From the NCBI GenBank assembly GCA_964478595.1, contig CAYZIN010000003.1:1357-65356 (forward strand): a stretch of 64,000 bases of DNA. Direction: 5' to 3'. The notes under the pieces are model-generated. The model was not told where the DNA came from and made no database searches. It saw only the letters and a program-made list of their open reading frames with translations. This DNA is from an uncultured Candidatus Saccharibacteria bacterium (lineage in GTDB: Bacteria > Patescibacteriota > Saccharimonadia > UBA4664 > CAZJNH01). Positions within the stretch are counted from its first letter, which is position 1. The number at the start of each line of letters is the position of its first letter. The position numbers and the translations under genes are program-made. Below are positions 38,974-48,171 of this stretch, in pieces.

Positions 38974-39294
38974 ATTGGTTGTCTCGCCGATGTTGATCGC
39001 TTTAGCTTCCTAGCTTGGGTCTGGCTGGCAAGCTTCCACACCGGAAGCCACACGCCCGCAGTAGCCGGCCAGATCCATTTTTTGAGTGAGACGCGCGCCT
39101 CCTTGGTGAATCTCGGGGGAGAGCGCATCATCATGGCCGCGTCTCACTCAATTTTTCGGACCGGCTCTGGCACGGTCCACTGGCTCGGTGCCGAAGAAAT
39201 TGCGGCGGAGCCTTACGCCGCAGGGCCTTCTTGCGGGCACCGAGCCCAGTTTCCCGGCAGCTTTGGGACTTCCCTTTTCCAGGGATCTCCCTGA
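38974..39294 (+). CDS. Hypothetical ORF with uncertain start (ATT) or degraded gene
   Basis: Frame open 38920-39294; GGAGG 6 nt before ATT; terminator at 39330-39363. Confidence 0.3.
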   Translation: MGCLADVDRFSFLAWVWLASFHTGSHTPAVAGQIHFLSETRASLVNLGGERIIMAASHSIFRTGSGTVHWLGAEEIAAEPYAAGPSCGHRAQFPGSFGTSLFQGSP

Positions 39295-39329
39295 AGCTGC
39301 CGGAGTTTCACCGGAATAGATACCCGGCC

Positions 39330-39363
39330 AACCCCCGACCTCACGGTCGGGGGTTTCCTTTTT
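39330..39363 (+). terminator. Intrinsic terminator
   Basis: AACCCCCGACC-TCAC-GGTCGGGGGTT followed by TCCTTTTT. Confidence 0.8.
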
Positions 39364-39373
39364 GACCGCCCCG

Positions 39374-39402
39374 TTGACAAGCACTTTGGCTGGGAGTAGT
39401 AT
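39374..39402 (+). promoter_or_regulatory. sigma70 promoter of the structured RNA unit
   Basis: TTGACA-17-TAGTAT. Confidence 0.75.
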
Positions 39403-39421
39403 CTCGTCTTGGTGTTGACAT

Positions 39422-39740
39422 TGTGGCCGATGCTCACGGCAGCACTCTCGAGGGATTCGAAAAGCCGCTATTTCGCCCTGCATCTGCGGGTGTCGTGCGA
39501 GATAGTGGGTTCGTTTCTATCACGGGAGAGGGCTTTCGGGCCCGGGTTCGACTCCCAACGGCCACGCTGCAGTAGTTTCCGGCCCAAAGGGGGACGGAAA
39601 AAGGGCGGCAATGCCCACGAGTTTTCCGAAAGGAGTGATAGGTACGATGACCTCTGGTCGCACTCTGTCTGAGGATTTCTATGGGATCAACATCGACGCG
39701 ATCGACGCGACGACGGCGTAGTACACGCCACTTGCAGTCG
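39422..39740 (+). ncRNA. tRNA-like structured RNA with downstream domain (unassigned family)
   Basis: Acceptor-like stem, D-like arm, UUCG arm, GGG-TTCGACT-CCC T-arm, GCAA and GAAA tetraloops, own promoter and terminator. Confidence 0.65.
39647..39721 (+). CDS. 24-aa ORF within the structured RNA
   Basis: MTSGRTLSEDFYGINIDAIDATTA after AAAGGAG. Confidence 0.4.
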   Translation: MTSGRTLSEDFYGINIDAIDATTA

Positions 39741-39742
39741 GA

Positions 39743-39778
39743 GACCCCGGGGCTATACGCCCCGGGGTCATCCTTTTT
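39743..39778 (+). terminator. Intrinsic terminator
   Basis: GACCCCGGGGC-TATAC-GCCCCGGGGTC followed by a T tract. Confidence 0.8.
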
Positions 39779-39820
39779 ATAACGCGGTAATGCTAAAATA
39801 CGCTTTAGTAGGAGGTTGTT

Positions 39821-40702
39821 TTGCCAAAAGGGCAGAGTTTTCAGTCTTTAATTCCCACCGATCTAGTCGAGTTGCAGTATGACATAACTGCTTCTGGTGA
39901 CGAGGTTGCTCAAATTGACCCCGAAATTATCGATCCCAATCCTCATCAGCCGCGAAACAATTTTGACGAAAAAGAACTCTTTGCGCTAGCGGACTCAATT
40001 AAACTTCACGGTATTTTGCAGCCGCTAGTTTTAACACCGGCCGGTAACCGTTTTCATTTAGTGGCAGGTGAAAGAAGATTACGAGCGGCCAAAAGCTTAA
40101 GTCTAACGGCGGTACCAGCTATTGTCCGCGACTTTAATGAACAACAAAAGGTTGAGCTGGCCCTAATCGAAAATTTGCAGCGGGCGGAACTTAATCCAAT
40201 CGAAACGGCAACGGCCTACCAAAAATTAATCAGCCAATTTAATCTTTCCCACGCGGAGGTGGCCAGGCGGATTGGGCGAGATAAATCAACTGTGACCAAT
40301 ACCTTACGGCTTTTGGGTTTGCCAGAGCGAGCCAAGGAAGCGCTAGTTAACGGCGAAATTAGTGAAGGGCACGGCCGGGCGATTTTAACTTTGCACGATC
40401 CCGAAAAAAGAGCCGAGCTAGTCGATTTGGTGATCAAAAATCATTACAGCGTCCGCCAAACCGAAGAGTTTGCCAGAAGCTACGGCCGGCACGAACAAGG
40501 CCGGGAGCGAGCCTTTAAACGAGTGGCTGGCTTTAGCGGCGGGGATGAAATCTCCAAGAAATTAACCAAACTGTTGGGCAAAAAAGTCCAAACCCTACCT
40601 ACGGCTGTAGGCGGCCGGTTGGTGATTTATTTTAACGACGAATCAGAACTTGAGGTTTTGGCCGAGGCGATTGAGCGCGGCTGGAAGGGGAAGATTAAGT
40701 AG
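39821..40702 (+). CDS. parB: ParB/Spo0J partition protein
   Basis: PNPHQPR, HGILQP, AGERRLRA, ALIENLQR, HTH. Confidence 0.95.
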   Translation: MPKGQSFQSLIPTDLVELQYDITASGDEVAQIDPEIIDPNPHQPRNNFDEKELFALADSIKLHGILQPLVLTPAGNRFHLVAGERRLRAAKSLSLTAVPAIVRDFNEQQKVELALIENLQRAELNPIETATAYQKLISQFNLSHAEVARRIGRDKSTVTNTLRLLGLPERAKEALVNGEISEGHGRAILTLHDPEKRAELVDLVIKNHYSVRQTEEFARSYGRHEQGRERAFKRVAGFSGGDEISKKLTKLLGKKVQTLPTAVGGRLVIYFNDESELEVLAEAIERGWKGKIK

Positions 40703-41419
40703 GCGAATTTCGTTAACCGGCAATAGCCGCAAGATAGCGACGCCGATGATATTTTCGCTAGGCAAAAAACCCCATTCACGGGAGTCGTAAGACCCGCCGG
40801 GGGTGCGGTTATCACCCATCACAAAGACGTTCCCCGGAGGCACCACTTCATCGATATCACCTTGCGTAACAGCATCCCTTTCAACTGGATTATTGGCGTC
40901 CGGGTCAAAGCCCTCTGGGTGCTGTGAGTTGTAGATTGTAACCCTGCCGTCTTTGACAACTACGCGATCACCCGGCAAACCCGCTACGCGCTTGACGAAG
41001 GTTTGGGTTGGACTGGGTGGGGCGATAAAGACGACAACCTGCTCGCGGTGAGGGATGTAATAAACGTGCTTAGCTGACCCGCCGCGCAGCTTAGTAAAGC
41101 TAGCTCCGACCTTAGAAATGATTAAGTAGTTAGAATCTTGCAGAGTGGAAAACATGCTTGAACCGACTACTTGATAGGCTTGAAAGACGAAAAAGTGCAA
41201 AACGATAACGATTGCAAAAGGAGTAATTAACCAATTAAAAATCGTCCGGACGGTAGCCCAGACTATCCCTAATGCAGCGCCGGAGTTGTCATCTTCGTCT
41301 TCGTCGGTTTGATCGGGCTTAGTAGGGTGCTCCAGTTCGGCGAGCAGTGCGTCGGCTTCTTGCTTGGCGGTTTTAGGGGTAGCTTGCGGCGCTTCGTCTT
41401 CGGTCGATTTTTTTGGCAT
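40643..41419 (-). CDS. lepB: Signal peptidase I
   Basis: GSSM, FVKRV.GLPGD, MGDNR..SYDSR; the ATG at 41419 lies 7 nt after TATACT. Confidence 0.95.
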   Translation of the reverse strand: MPKKSTEDEAPQATPKTAKQEADALLAELEHPTKPDQTDEDEDDNSGAALGIVWATVRTIFNWLITPFAIVIVLHFFVFQAYQVVGSSMFSTLQDSNYLIISKVGASFTKLRGGSAKHVYYIPHREQVVVFIAPPSPTQTFVKRVAGLPGDRVVVKDGRVTIYNSQHPEGFDPDANNPVERDAVTQGDIDEVVPPGNVFVMGDNRTPGGSYDSREWGFLPSENIIGVAILRLLPVNEIRLLNLPLPAALNRLGQNLKF

Positions 41420-41532
41420 AGTCAAAAGTATACAGGCCAAAGCGCCCCTCCGGCTACCCTTGCACCTGAAAGGCCGAAACGCTAAACTGGTCGTCTGGAT
41501 CGAGTTCAACGTATGAGTTAAACTTAAGCGCA

Positions 41533-42924
41533 ATGACTGAGCACGACGAGCAGGCTGAAACCTTAATTATCGAAGACGCAGAAGAGGTTTTGGTTAAACA
41601 AAAGCGAAAATTTTGGAGAAAGTTGAAGAATCTGAAACGCTGGCAAAAAGCTTTACTGGTGGTGGCCGCTGTAGTGTTGGCGGTTATCGTTGTATTGGGC
41701 GTCAAGACGTTGCTCGCCACCAAGCGGATTTTGACCGCAACTGGCAGCGCGCCGGTTTTGTCTGGAGACATTAGCCCCGACAAGCTCCGTAAAGAAGGCG
41801 ACAGCCGGGTCAATATTTTGCTATTGGGCATTGGCGGCGCCGGCCACGACGGACCGGATCTTTCCGATTCAATCATGATTATTTCGATCGATCCAAAGAC
41901 CAAAACGGCGGCGGCCTTGTCGATCCCACGGGACTTATATGTCCCGATTGGCCCAAACAACAAATATGGTCACGCCAAAATTAACGCCGCTCACGCCTAC
42001 GGAGAGCAAGAGGATTATCCGGGCGGCGGGCCGGCGCTGGCGAAACAAACGGTTGAGAATCTGCTCGATTTGCCGATTCATTATTACGTTAGGACCGACT
42101 TTAACGGTTTTAAGACTGCGGTTGATGCTGTAGGGGGAGTCGACGTCTGTGTCGACAAGCGGCTGTACGATCCCTACTTCCCGCTCGGCGAAACCGGCGA
42201 TTACACGGTGGTTAATATTGCGGCGGGCTGCCAGCACATGAACGGCCAGCTAGCCTTGGAGTATGCCCGGTCGCGGGAAACTACGAGTGACTTCGATCGC
42301 GCCGCTAGGCAACAAAAAATTATTCTTGGCCTTAAAGACAAGGTGTTTTCGGCTGGGACCTTGGCCAATCCGGCTAAGGTATCCAAACTAATCGATACCG
42401 TTGGCACTCACGTTAAAACCGACCTGTCTTTATCGGACCTTATGAAGCTGATTAAGCTGACAAAGCTAATCAATAACAATACCGTGCAGAAAAAGGTTCT
42501 GGACACCTCCGACGCCGGACTGTTGAAATTTGGTTTTACGCAAGACGCTGGTTCTATCGAAGTGCCGCAGGCGGGGATCGACAATTTTCTCGACATTCAG
42601 ATCCTGACTCATACTTTATTCCCAGACCCTTACATAGCCGAAGAACATTCAGCGGTTGAAGTGCAAAACGGCACCTACCGTAGCGGGTTGGCAACCACGG
42701 TTACCAAGCTGCTAAAGGGGTATGGGTACAACGTCGTCAATACCACCACGGCTCCGCAGCAAAACTACACCAAGTCGGTTCTTTATGACTACTCTGGCGG
42801 CAAAAAACCCTACACCATCAACTATCTCGAGCGCCGATTTGGGGTAAAAGCGGTTAAAGCGGCCCGTCCCACCGGTTCTAGTACCGACATTACCTTGATC
42901 GTCGGATCAGACTACGAACCTTAA
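41533..42924 (+). CDS. LCP (LytR-CpsA-Psr) family protein with LytR_C domain
   Basis: NILLLG, SDSIM, SIPRD, KINAA, RSR..SDFDRAARQQ, VQNGT. Confidence 0.95.
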   Translation: MTEHDEQAETLIIEDAEEVLVKQKRKFWRKLKNLKRWQKALLVVAAVVLAVIVVLGVKTLLATKRILTATGSAPVLSGDISPDKLRKEGDSRVNILLLGIGGAGHDGPDLSDSIMIISIDPKTKTAAALSIPRDLYVPIGPNNKYGHAKINAAHAYGEQEDYPGGGPALAKQTVENLLDLPIHYYVRTDFNGFKTAVDAVGGVDVCVDKRLYDPYFPLGETGDYTVVNIAAGCQHMNGQLALEYARSRETTSDFDRAARQQKIILGLKDKVFSAGTLANPAKVSKLIDTVGTHVKTDLSLSDLMKLIKLTKLINNNTVQKKVLDTSDAGLLKFGFTQDAGSIEVPQAGIDNFLDIQILTHTLFPDPYIAEEHSAVEVQNGTYRSGLATTVTKLLKGYGYNVVNTTTAPQQNYTKSVLYDYSGGKKPYTINYLERRFGVKAVKAARPTGSSTDITLIVGSDYEP

Positions 42925-42925
42925 G

Positions 42926-43696
42926 ATGAGACTAAGGCTATTCAAACTACCAAGGCTGGCGGCGGCGTTTGTGGTGGCGGCTATTTTGAGCGGAGCGGTT
43001 TTTTGGTTGGCCCATTTGGGTTGGGCAGCGCCCGATCACGCCGTAGATAGTAGCTGGGGGATCGCCGCTTTCGCCCTGGTGTTAATTAGCAGTTTGTATT
43101 GGCATGCCAGAAGCGGGCGGCGGCTGACCCTAGCCTCCCGGCTGTTACTTGGTTTTAGCTTTAGTTTATTGATATTACTATCCGGAAACTGGTACCTCGC
43201 AGCGGTTTTTGGCTTCGCCTTTACGGCGCTGCTAGTCGGTATAGTCCAGCGCCATCTAACGCCACCGGTGAGATTGGCCGTTGCTGGCGCAATGCAGTTT
43301 GCGGCGTTGTGGGCGATTTATTTGGCCGGCGCGGTGTGGAAGTGGCCAATGTTTTGGTTGTTGGTTTTAACCTACGCCAGCGCCTACATTTCGGCCAGCT
43401 GGCTACTTGATGGTTATGAAGAGCGGGCTCGCCGACTGTTAGCCACAGCTTGGGGTTTGATCGCCGGCGAATTTGCCTTCGTGTTTTCGATCTGGTTGGT
43501 TAACTACATAATTAAAGTCGTAGTGTTGCCCCAGGCTGCCCTGGTTATTTCGGCGATTGGTTACGTTTTTGCCGGGATTTATTTGGCGCACAAAGATTCA
43601 AAACTGGGCCGTTTTCGTCTGGCGGAGTATTTATTGATCGGGCTGCTTCTAATTGTGATTGTGGCGGTTGGCACAAAATGGAGCGGTAGCCTGTAG
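42926..43696 (+). CDS. Multi-pass membrane protein
   Basis: About 8 hydrophobic helices. Confidence 0.75.
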   Translation: MRLRLFKLPRLAAAFVVAAILSGAVFWLAHLGWAAPDHAVDSSWGIAAFALVLISSLYWHARSGRRLTLASRLLLGFSFSLLILLSGNWYLAAVFGFAFTALLVGIVQRHLTPPVRLAVAGAMQFAALWAIYLAGAVWKWPMFWLLVLTYASAYISASWLLDGYEERARRLLATAWGLIAGEFAFVFSIWLVNYIIKVVVLPQAALVISAIGYVFAGIYLAHKDSKLGRFRLAEYLLIGLLLIVIVAVGTKWSGSL

Positions 43697-43726
43697 CCTT
43701 AAGCGATTTGATATAATTTAATTTAA

Positions 43727-44848
43727 ATGGCAGCCGAAGACCAAGAATCATTAATACCCCGAGCAATTGTCGAAAAGCTTCTGGTTTTGGCGCTGCTGGC
43801 CGGTTTGGTTGGCGGCGTAGTTGGCGGTTGGGGCTGGCAAAAGCTGGAAACTCTTAGTCCAACGGCCGGAAAAGAGCTGGTTTTGCAGGAAAATTCGGCG
43901 GTAATCGACGTTGCCAAAAAGGTTTCACCGAGTGTGGTCAGCATTACTACCGTGGCTACAGTAAATAACGTGTTTGGCTTTGGCCAAACCGAAGAAGGGG
44001 CCGGCACTGGCATGGTGGTCAGCTCCGACGGCCTGATTTTAACCAACAAACACGTTGTACCGGTAGGGACGGCGTCGGTCAAGGTTTTTACCAACGATGG
44101 CAAAGAGCTTGACGGTACGGTAGTGGCTCGTGACCCAAGTAATGACCTGGCGTTCGTGAAAGTTAACGCCAATTTACCGGCGGTCCAGTTGGGTGATTCG
44201 TCTAAAGCCGAAGTAGGGCAAAGGGTGATCGCGATTGGTAACGCGTTGGGTCAGTTCCAGAATAGTGTGACCTACGGGGTCATCTCTGGGGTTGGTCGGC
44301 CGATCCAGGCGGGGGACGAAACCGGTGGATCAAGTGAGTCGTTGCAAGACTTGTTCCAAACCGATGCAGCGATTAACCCCGGTAACTCCGGCGGCCCGAT
44401 GGTGAATTTGGCCGGGCAGGTGATTGGCATTAATACGGCTATCGCCGGTGACGCTCAGAACATTGGCTTTGCAATCCCGATCAACGAAGCCAAAGGAGAT
44501 ATTTCTAGCTACGAGAAAAACAAAAAAATCGTTAAGCCATTTTTGGGTGTGCGGTTTATTCAAATCACGAAAGAGTTTGCCGCCAGCCGAAATTTGCCGG
44601 TTTCAGACGGTGCCTACGTCGATGCCGATGGTGCAAACCCGATTGTCGATGGCAGTCCGGCCGCCAAAGCTGGGATCAAGGCCGGTGACATTATAACTAA
44701 GGTCGGTAATGAAGCGGTCGATTCGAAAAGTTCGTTAACTGCTCTAATTTCCGAACATCAGCCCGGCGATAGGGTGGCTCTGACAATTCTGCGCAACGGT
44801 AAAACCCAAGTCGTAAACGTCACCCTTACCGAAGCCCCCAGCCAATGA
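43727..44848 (+). CDS. HtrA/DegP-like serine protease with PDZ domain
   Basis: LTNKHVV, DLA, QTDAAINPGNSGGP, PDZ. Confidence 0.96.
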   Translation: MAAEDQESLIPRAIVEKLLVLALLAGLVGGVVGGWGWQKLETLSPTAGKELVLQENSAVIDVAKKVSPSVVSITTVATVNNVFGFGQTEEGAGTGMVVSSDGLILTNKHVVPVGTASVKVFTNDGKELDGTVVARDPSNDLAFVKVNANLPAVQLGDSSKAEVGQRVIAIGNALGQFQNSVTYGVISGVGRPIQAGDETGGSSESLQDLFQTDAAINPGNSGGPMVNLAGQVIGINTAIAGDAQNIGFAIPINEAKGDISSYEKNKKIVKPFLGVRFIQITKEFAASRNLPVSDGAYVDADGANPIVDGSPAAKAGIKAGDIITKVGNEAVDSKSSLTALISEHQPGDRVALTILRNGKTQVVNVTLTEAPSQ

Positions 44849-45192
44849 TGGCTTTAATAGTTATTTTGATCGTAGTAGTCATAATCGCCGTCAAGCGAAC
44901 GGCTCACTTTTTGGTTTCCCAACTTGGCAATACGCCAACCTCTAAAACTTTAAACATCGACATTACTCGGCGGTTTTTGAAATTTCTCTGTCTAACCGCG
45001 CTAGTAATTCTTGTCTGGTCGATTTTCCGGCTCGCCGTTTCTTCTTCTTGGTTACCATTTCAGCAGTTTTGTTCGATCCATTGCTTGTCGCCGGTTGGGG
45101 TTTACGCGCTGTATTTGAGTGCAGCCATCGGCTCTTTTGAGGTGCTACTAATAGCCATGCCCTACGCTAGGCAAAACCCTAAAACGAAGTAG
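44845..45192 (+). CDS. Hypothetical three-TM protein
   Basis: ATGA overlap with the protease gene; hydrophobic helices. Confidence 0.6.
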   Translation: MMALIVILIVVVIIAVKRTAHFLVSQLGNTPTSKTLNIDITRRFLKFLCLTALVILVWSIFRLAVSSSWLPFQQFCSIHCLSPVGVYALYLSAAIGSFEVLLIAMPYARQNPKTK

Positions 45193-45938
45193 GATTGGTC
45201 GCGGAGTTTGAGGCCGGCGTTGCCGGCTATTTTAATTAGTTCGGGTTGCTGCCAGGGATCGGATTCGATAAAGACGTGCCCAGCTTTGGCTAAATGTTTT
45301 GGCAGCTGCTCGAAAAATTTACGATAAAGATCCAAACCATCTTTACCTCCAAGTAGAGCAACTTTTGGTTCGTTTTTAACTTCGGGGAGCAGATCGGAAT
45401 CATTTTTGAGGTAGGGGAGATTAGCGACAACGGTTTCGAACTGGCCGGCGACTTTAGAGAAAAGGTCAGATTCAACGAGCTTAATTTTGACATCGTTTAG
45501 CTTCGCATTTTCTTGGGCGACCTTGAGGGCGGAAGAGGAAACATCGGTGGCTGTGACGGTTAGGTCGGGACGGTTAACTGCGATTGAGATAGCTAGGGCG
45601 CCGCAGCCAGTGCCGATATCGATTAGTTTAGAGTCTTTGGGTGCGCCTTTAATGGCTAAATCGACGATGGTTTCCGATTCCGGGCGGGGCTGCAAAACGT
45701 CGGGGGTGATTATGAGTTCCAGGCCGTAAAAGTCTTTACTGCCCACCAAATGAGCGATCGGGACCCGCTTTGCCCTCTTAGCGATTAGTTCTTCAAGACC
45801 CTCAATTTGCCTTTCCGGGTAGGCTAGAAGAGTTGATTTATCGGTGCCGGAAACGTATTCGGCTAGCACTAAGGCATCGAGCTCCGGCGAAGAAACGCCG
45901 GCCTTGGCTAGTACGGTTTCAGCCTGTTTGATCGTCAT
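45162..45938 (-). CDS. prmC: Release factor glutamine methyltransferase
   Basis: [18 protein letters not shown]; downstream of prfA. Confidence 0.95.
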   Translation of the reverse strand: MTIKQAETVLAKAGVSSPELDALVLAEYVSGTDKSTLLAYPERQIEGLEELIAKRAKRVPIAHLVGSKDFYGLELIITPDVLQPRPESETIVDLAIKGAPKDSKLIDIGTGCGALAISIAVNRPDLTVTATDVSSSALKVAQENAKLNDVKIKLVESDLFSKVAGQFETVVANLPYLKNDSDLLPEVKNEPKVALLGGKDGLDLYRKFFEQLPKHLAKAGHVFIESDPWQQPELIKIAGNAGLKLRDQSYFVLGFCLA

Positions 45939-46968
45939 GAATGGCGCCGGCTTTCATTAGTTCGGTCATGACATCGTCGATATCGCCGTCCATAAACTTT
46001 TCGAGGTTGTGACGAGTCAGGTTAATACGATGGTCGGTCACGCGATCTTGGGGGAAGTTGTAGGTGCGGATCTTTTCGCTGCGATCGCCGGTACCGATTT
46101 GCCCTTTGCGGGCGGCGGAGGTGGCGGCGCGTTCCTCTTCTAGCTTTTTGGCGAGAAGGCGAGATCGCAAGACGCCCATAGCTTTCATTTTGTTCTTAAG
46201 CTGGGAACGTTCATCCTGGCAAACAACCACTATCCCGGATGGTTTGTGGGTTATTCGGACAGCCGAGTCTGTGGTGTTAACCGACTGGCCGCCATGGCCG
46301 CCGGATCGAAAAACGTCGATTTGCAAGTCGTCGGTATTAATTTCGACATCGGTTTCTTCGGCTTCGGGCAAAACGGCAACGGTGGCAGTCGAAGTATGAA
46401 TACGACCCTGCGATTCAGTTACTGGTACTCGTTGAACTCGATGCACACCGGACTCAAATTTCAGTCGGCCATAGGCGCCGCTGCCGCGTAAAGCAAAAAC
46501 GATTTCTTTAAACCCGCCAGTGTCGTTTGAGCTTTGGCTGATCAGCTCGGCTTTCCAGCCCTGGCGTTCGCCGTAGCGAATGTACATACGGTAAATCTCT
46601 CCGGCAAAAAGGGAGGACTCATCTCCGCCTGCACCAGCCCGAATTTCGATAATGGAGTCTTTTTGGTCGTTCGGGTCCTTGGGCTCTAGCGCTTCGGCTA
46701 GTTGCTCGTTCACTTGGGCTATTTCGGATTCAATCCTGGGCAAATCCTCCAGTGCTAAGGCTGCCAGTTCGGGATCGGTTAAGGCCTCTTTTGAATCAAT
46801 CAGCTCCTTTTCCAGTTGATGCTGCCGGTCAAACAGCGCGATAGTTGCTTGAAGATCGGAGATTTGCTTAGAAGTCTTACCATAATCGGGCGAGCTGTAA
46901 GAAGTCTCCGTCAATTTCTGACTGAGTGATTCGTAGTCGGATCGGATTTTTTGCTCTTGTGGGTTCAT
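45919..46968 (-). CDS. prfA: Peptide chain release factor 1
   Basis: [12 protein letters not shown] (PxT), [13 protein letters not shown]. Confidence 0.98.
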   Translation of the reverse strand: MNPQEQKIRSDYESLSQKLTETSYSSPDYGKTSKQISDLQATIALFDRQHQLEKELIDSKEALTDPELAALALEDLPRIESEIAQVNEQLAEALEPKDPNDQKDSIIEIRAGAGGDESSLFAGEIYRMYIRYGERQGWKAELISQSSNDTGGFKEIVFALRGSGAYGRLKFESGVHRVQRVPVTESQGRIHTSTATVAVLPEAEETDVEINTDDLQIDVFRSGGHGGQSVNTTDSAVRITHKPSGIVVVCQDERSQLKNKMKAMGVLRSRLLAKKLEEERAATSAARKGQIGTGDRSEKIRTYNFPQDRVTDHRINLTRHNLEKFMDGDIDDVMTELMKAGAIHDDQTG

Positions 46969-47082
46969 AATTGAATGTAATGAGAAGCAATGCTGGCATA
47001 TGCTTCGAGTGGAATGAAATTATACATAGTATACTTTTAGCCTAACAAAAAGACGCCTAAGTGGCGCCAGATTGTAATTAAG

Positions 47083-47400
47083 TTATTTAGTTTCAGATTC
47101 AGGTAAATCGACGGTTTCGGCTTCAAGTTTTTCTTCGATCTTTTCAACTACGGCCTCTTCAATCTTTTCGGACTTCGAGTTTTTGGCTTGGGATTTCTGC
47201 GCGGCAGCACGGCGGGCGTTGAATTTATCAACCCGACCAGCGGTGTCGACCAGCTTTTGTTTGCCGGTGTAGAAAGGATGGCAATTCGAACAGATCTCCA
47301 CCTCGATAGAAGGAATAGTGGAGTGGGTTTCAAAGTCCGTGCCGCAACCGTTGCAGTGGACTTTAGTGACCATATATTCGGGGTGGATGCCCTGTTTCAT
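47083..47400 (-). CDS. rpmE: 50S ribosomal protein L31 with acidic extension
   Basis: [29 protein letters not shown]. Confidence 0.97.
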   Translation of the reverse strand: MKQGIHPEYMVTKVHCNGCGTDFETHSTIPSIEVEICSNCHPFYTGKQKLVDTAGRVDKFNARRAAAQKSQAKNSKSEKIEEAVVEKIEEKLEAETVDLPESETK

Positions 47401-47461
47401 AACTGAATCAGTTTAAGGGAAAACCCCGAGGTAATCAAGAGGCTAGAGAGTAGGGAATAGG

Positions 47462-47490
47462 TTGACAAAACGTAAGCTTTATGCTAATGT
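47462..47490 (+). promoter_or_regulatory. sigma70 promoter of the islet
   Basis: TTGACA-17-TAATGT with an extended TG. Confidence 0.7.
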
Positions 47491-47496
47491 TGCTCG

Positions 47497-47644
47497 GTTC
47501 ATTCGGACTTGTTCTGGATGAGCGCTCCTTACAAAGATCCCTTTAACGGGATTTTGCAGTCACAACCCCTCTGTGGTTTGTGGCTGCTTATCTGGTTGCA
47601 ATCACCCTCATGCAGCCAGTTAAGCAGCTCACGAACAGAGGAGG
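47497..47644 (+). promoter_or_regulatory. Structured 5' leader with anti-SD loop
   Basis: Four hairpins; loop CCTCTGT is complementary to ACAGAGG overlapping the SD. Confidence 0.55.
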
Positions 47645-47649
47645 AAACG

Positions 47650-47862
47650 ATGAAATTGTGGCGGACTCTCTTGGTCGCTGCAACGGCTTTCTGTCTGACC
47701 TGGCTCTACATTCTGACGTTCCCTCAGCAATTGTCCTGGAAGCTCGTCGGGGTTTTCTCCGCGATCACTCTCGCGGTGAACACCTTCGCCTGGCTGATCG
47801 AGCGCATTGTCGAGGAGCACTCCGATGAGCTGAAGCGCGAGATCAGCCGTCAGCTTAGCTAG
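47650..47862 (+). CDS. 70-aa two-TM small protein
   Basis: SD GAGGAGG; two hydrophobic helices and a charged tail. Confidence 0.75.
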   Translation: MKLWRTLLVAATAFCLTWLYILTFPQQLSWKLVGVFSAITLAVNTFAWLIERIVEEHSDELKREISRQLS

Positions 47863-48007
47863 GGTTTCCCGGGGGCGACTCCTACGCAGCCCGTCCGGCT
47901 CTAACGAGCGCCCCCGGGCTGAATTACCGCGTCGGATGTCCCCGGGCGGGTCGTAAGCAGCCTGCCCGCAGCCCGCAGCCCGTCCGGGGACTTTTTAAGG
48001 GGGTGAC

Positions 48008-48133
48008 ATGCAAGATTTTGTGCGGAAGCACAAGAAGCTGGTGATCGGATTTTTCACCTCCTTGGCGCTCGTCGCCTTGGCCGTGAAAGATTTCAAGCAC
48101 CAGCAGCAGAAGCGCATCAACAGCGGCAAGTAG
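48008..48133 (+). CDS. 41-aa single-TM small protein not in the ORF track
   Basis: MQDFVRKHKKLVIGFFTSLALVALAVKDFKHQQQKRINSGK; SD AAGGGGGTG. Confidence 0.65.
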   Translation: MQDFVRKHKKLVIGFFTSLALVALAVKDFKHQQQKRINSGK

Positions 48134-48171
48134 CCGCTGTCACTCGAGAGGGAAACGAGTGAAAGAACATA

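Noticed and set aside
38535-39134. 199-aa minus-strand ORF
   Set aside because: Overlaps rplU in antisense, crosses its terminator and has no recognisable motifs
39422-39566. Canonical tRNA or standard tmRNA call
   Set aside because: The T-stem is only 3 bp, with no 7-nt anticodon loop, correctly placed CCA or G3:U70 pair; kept as an unassigned tRNA-like RNA
40643-40702. Convergent overlaps (parB/lepB, also secF and prmC with their neighbours)
   Set aside because: Short 3' overlaps are ordinary in compact genomes
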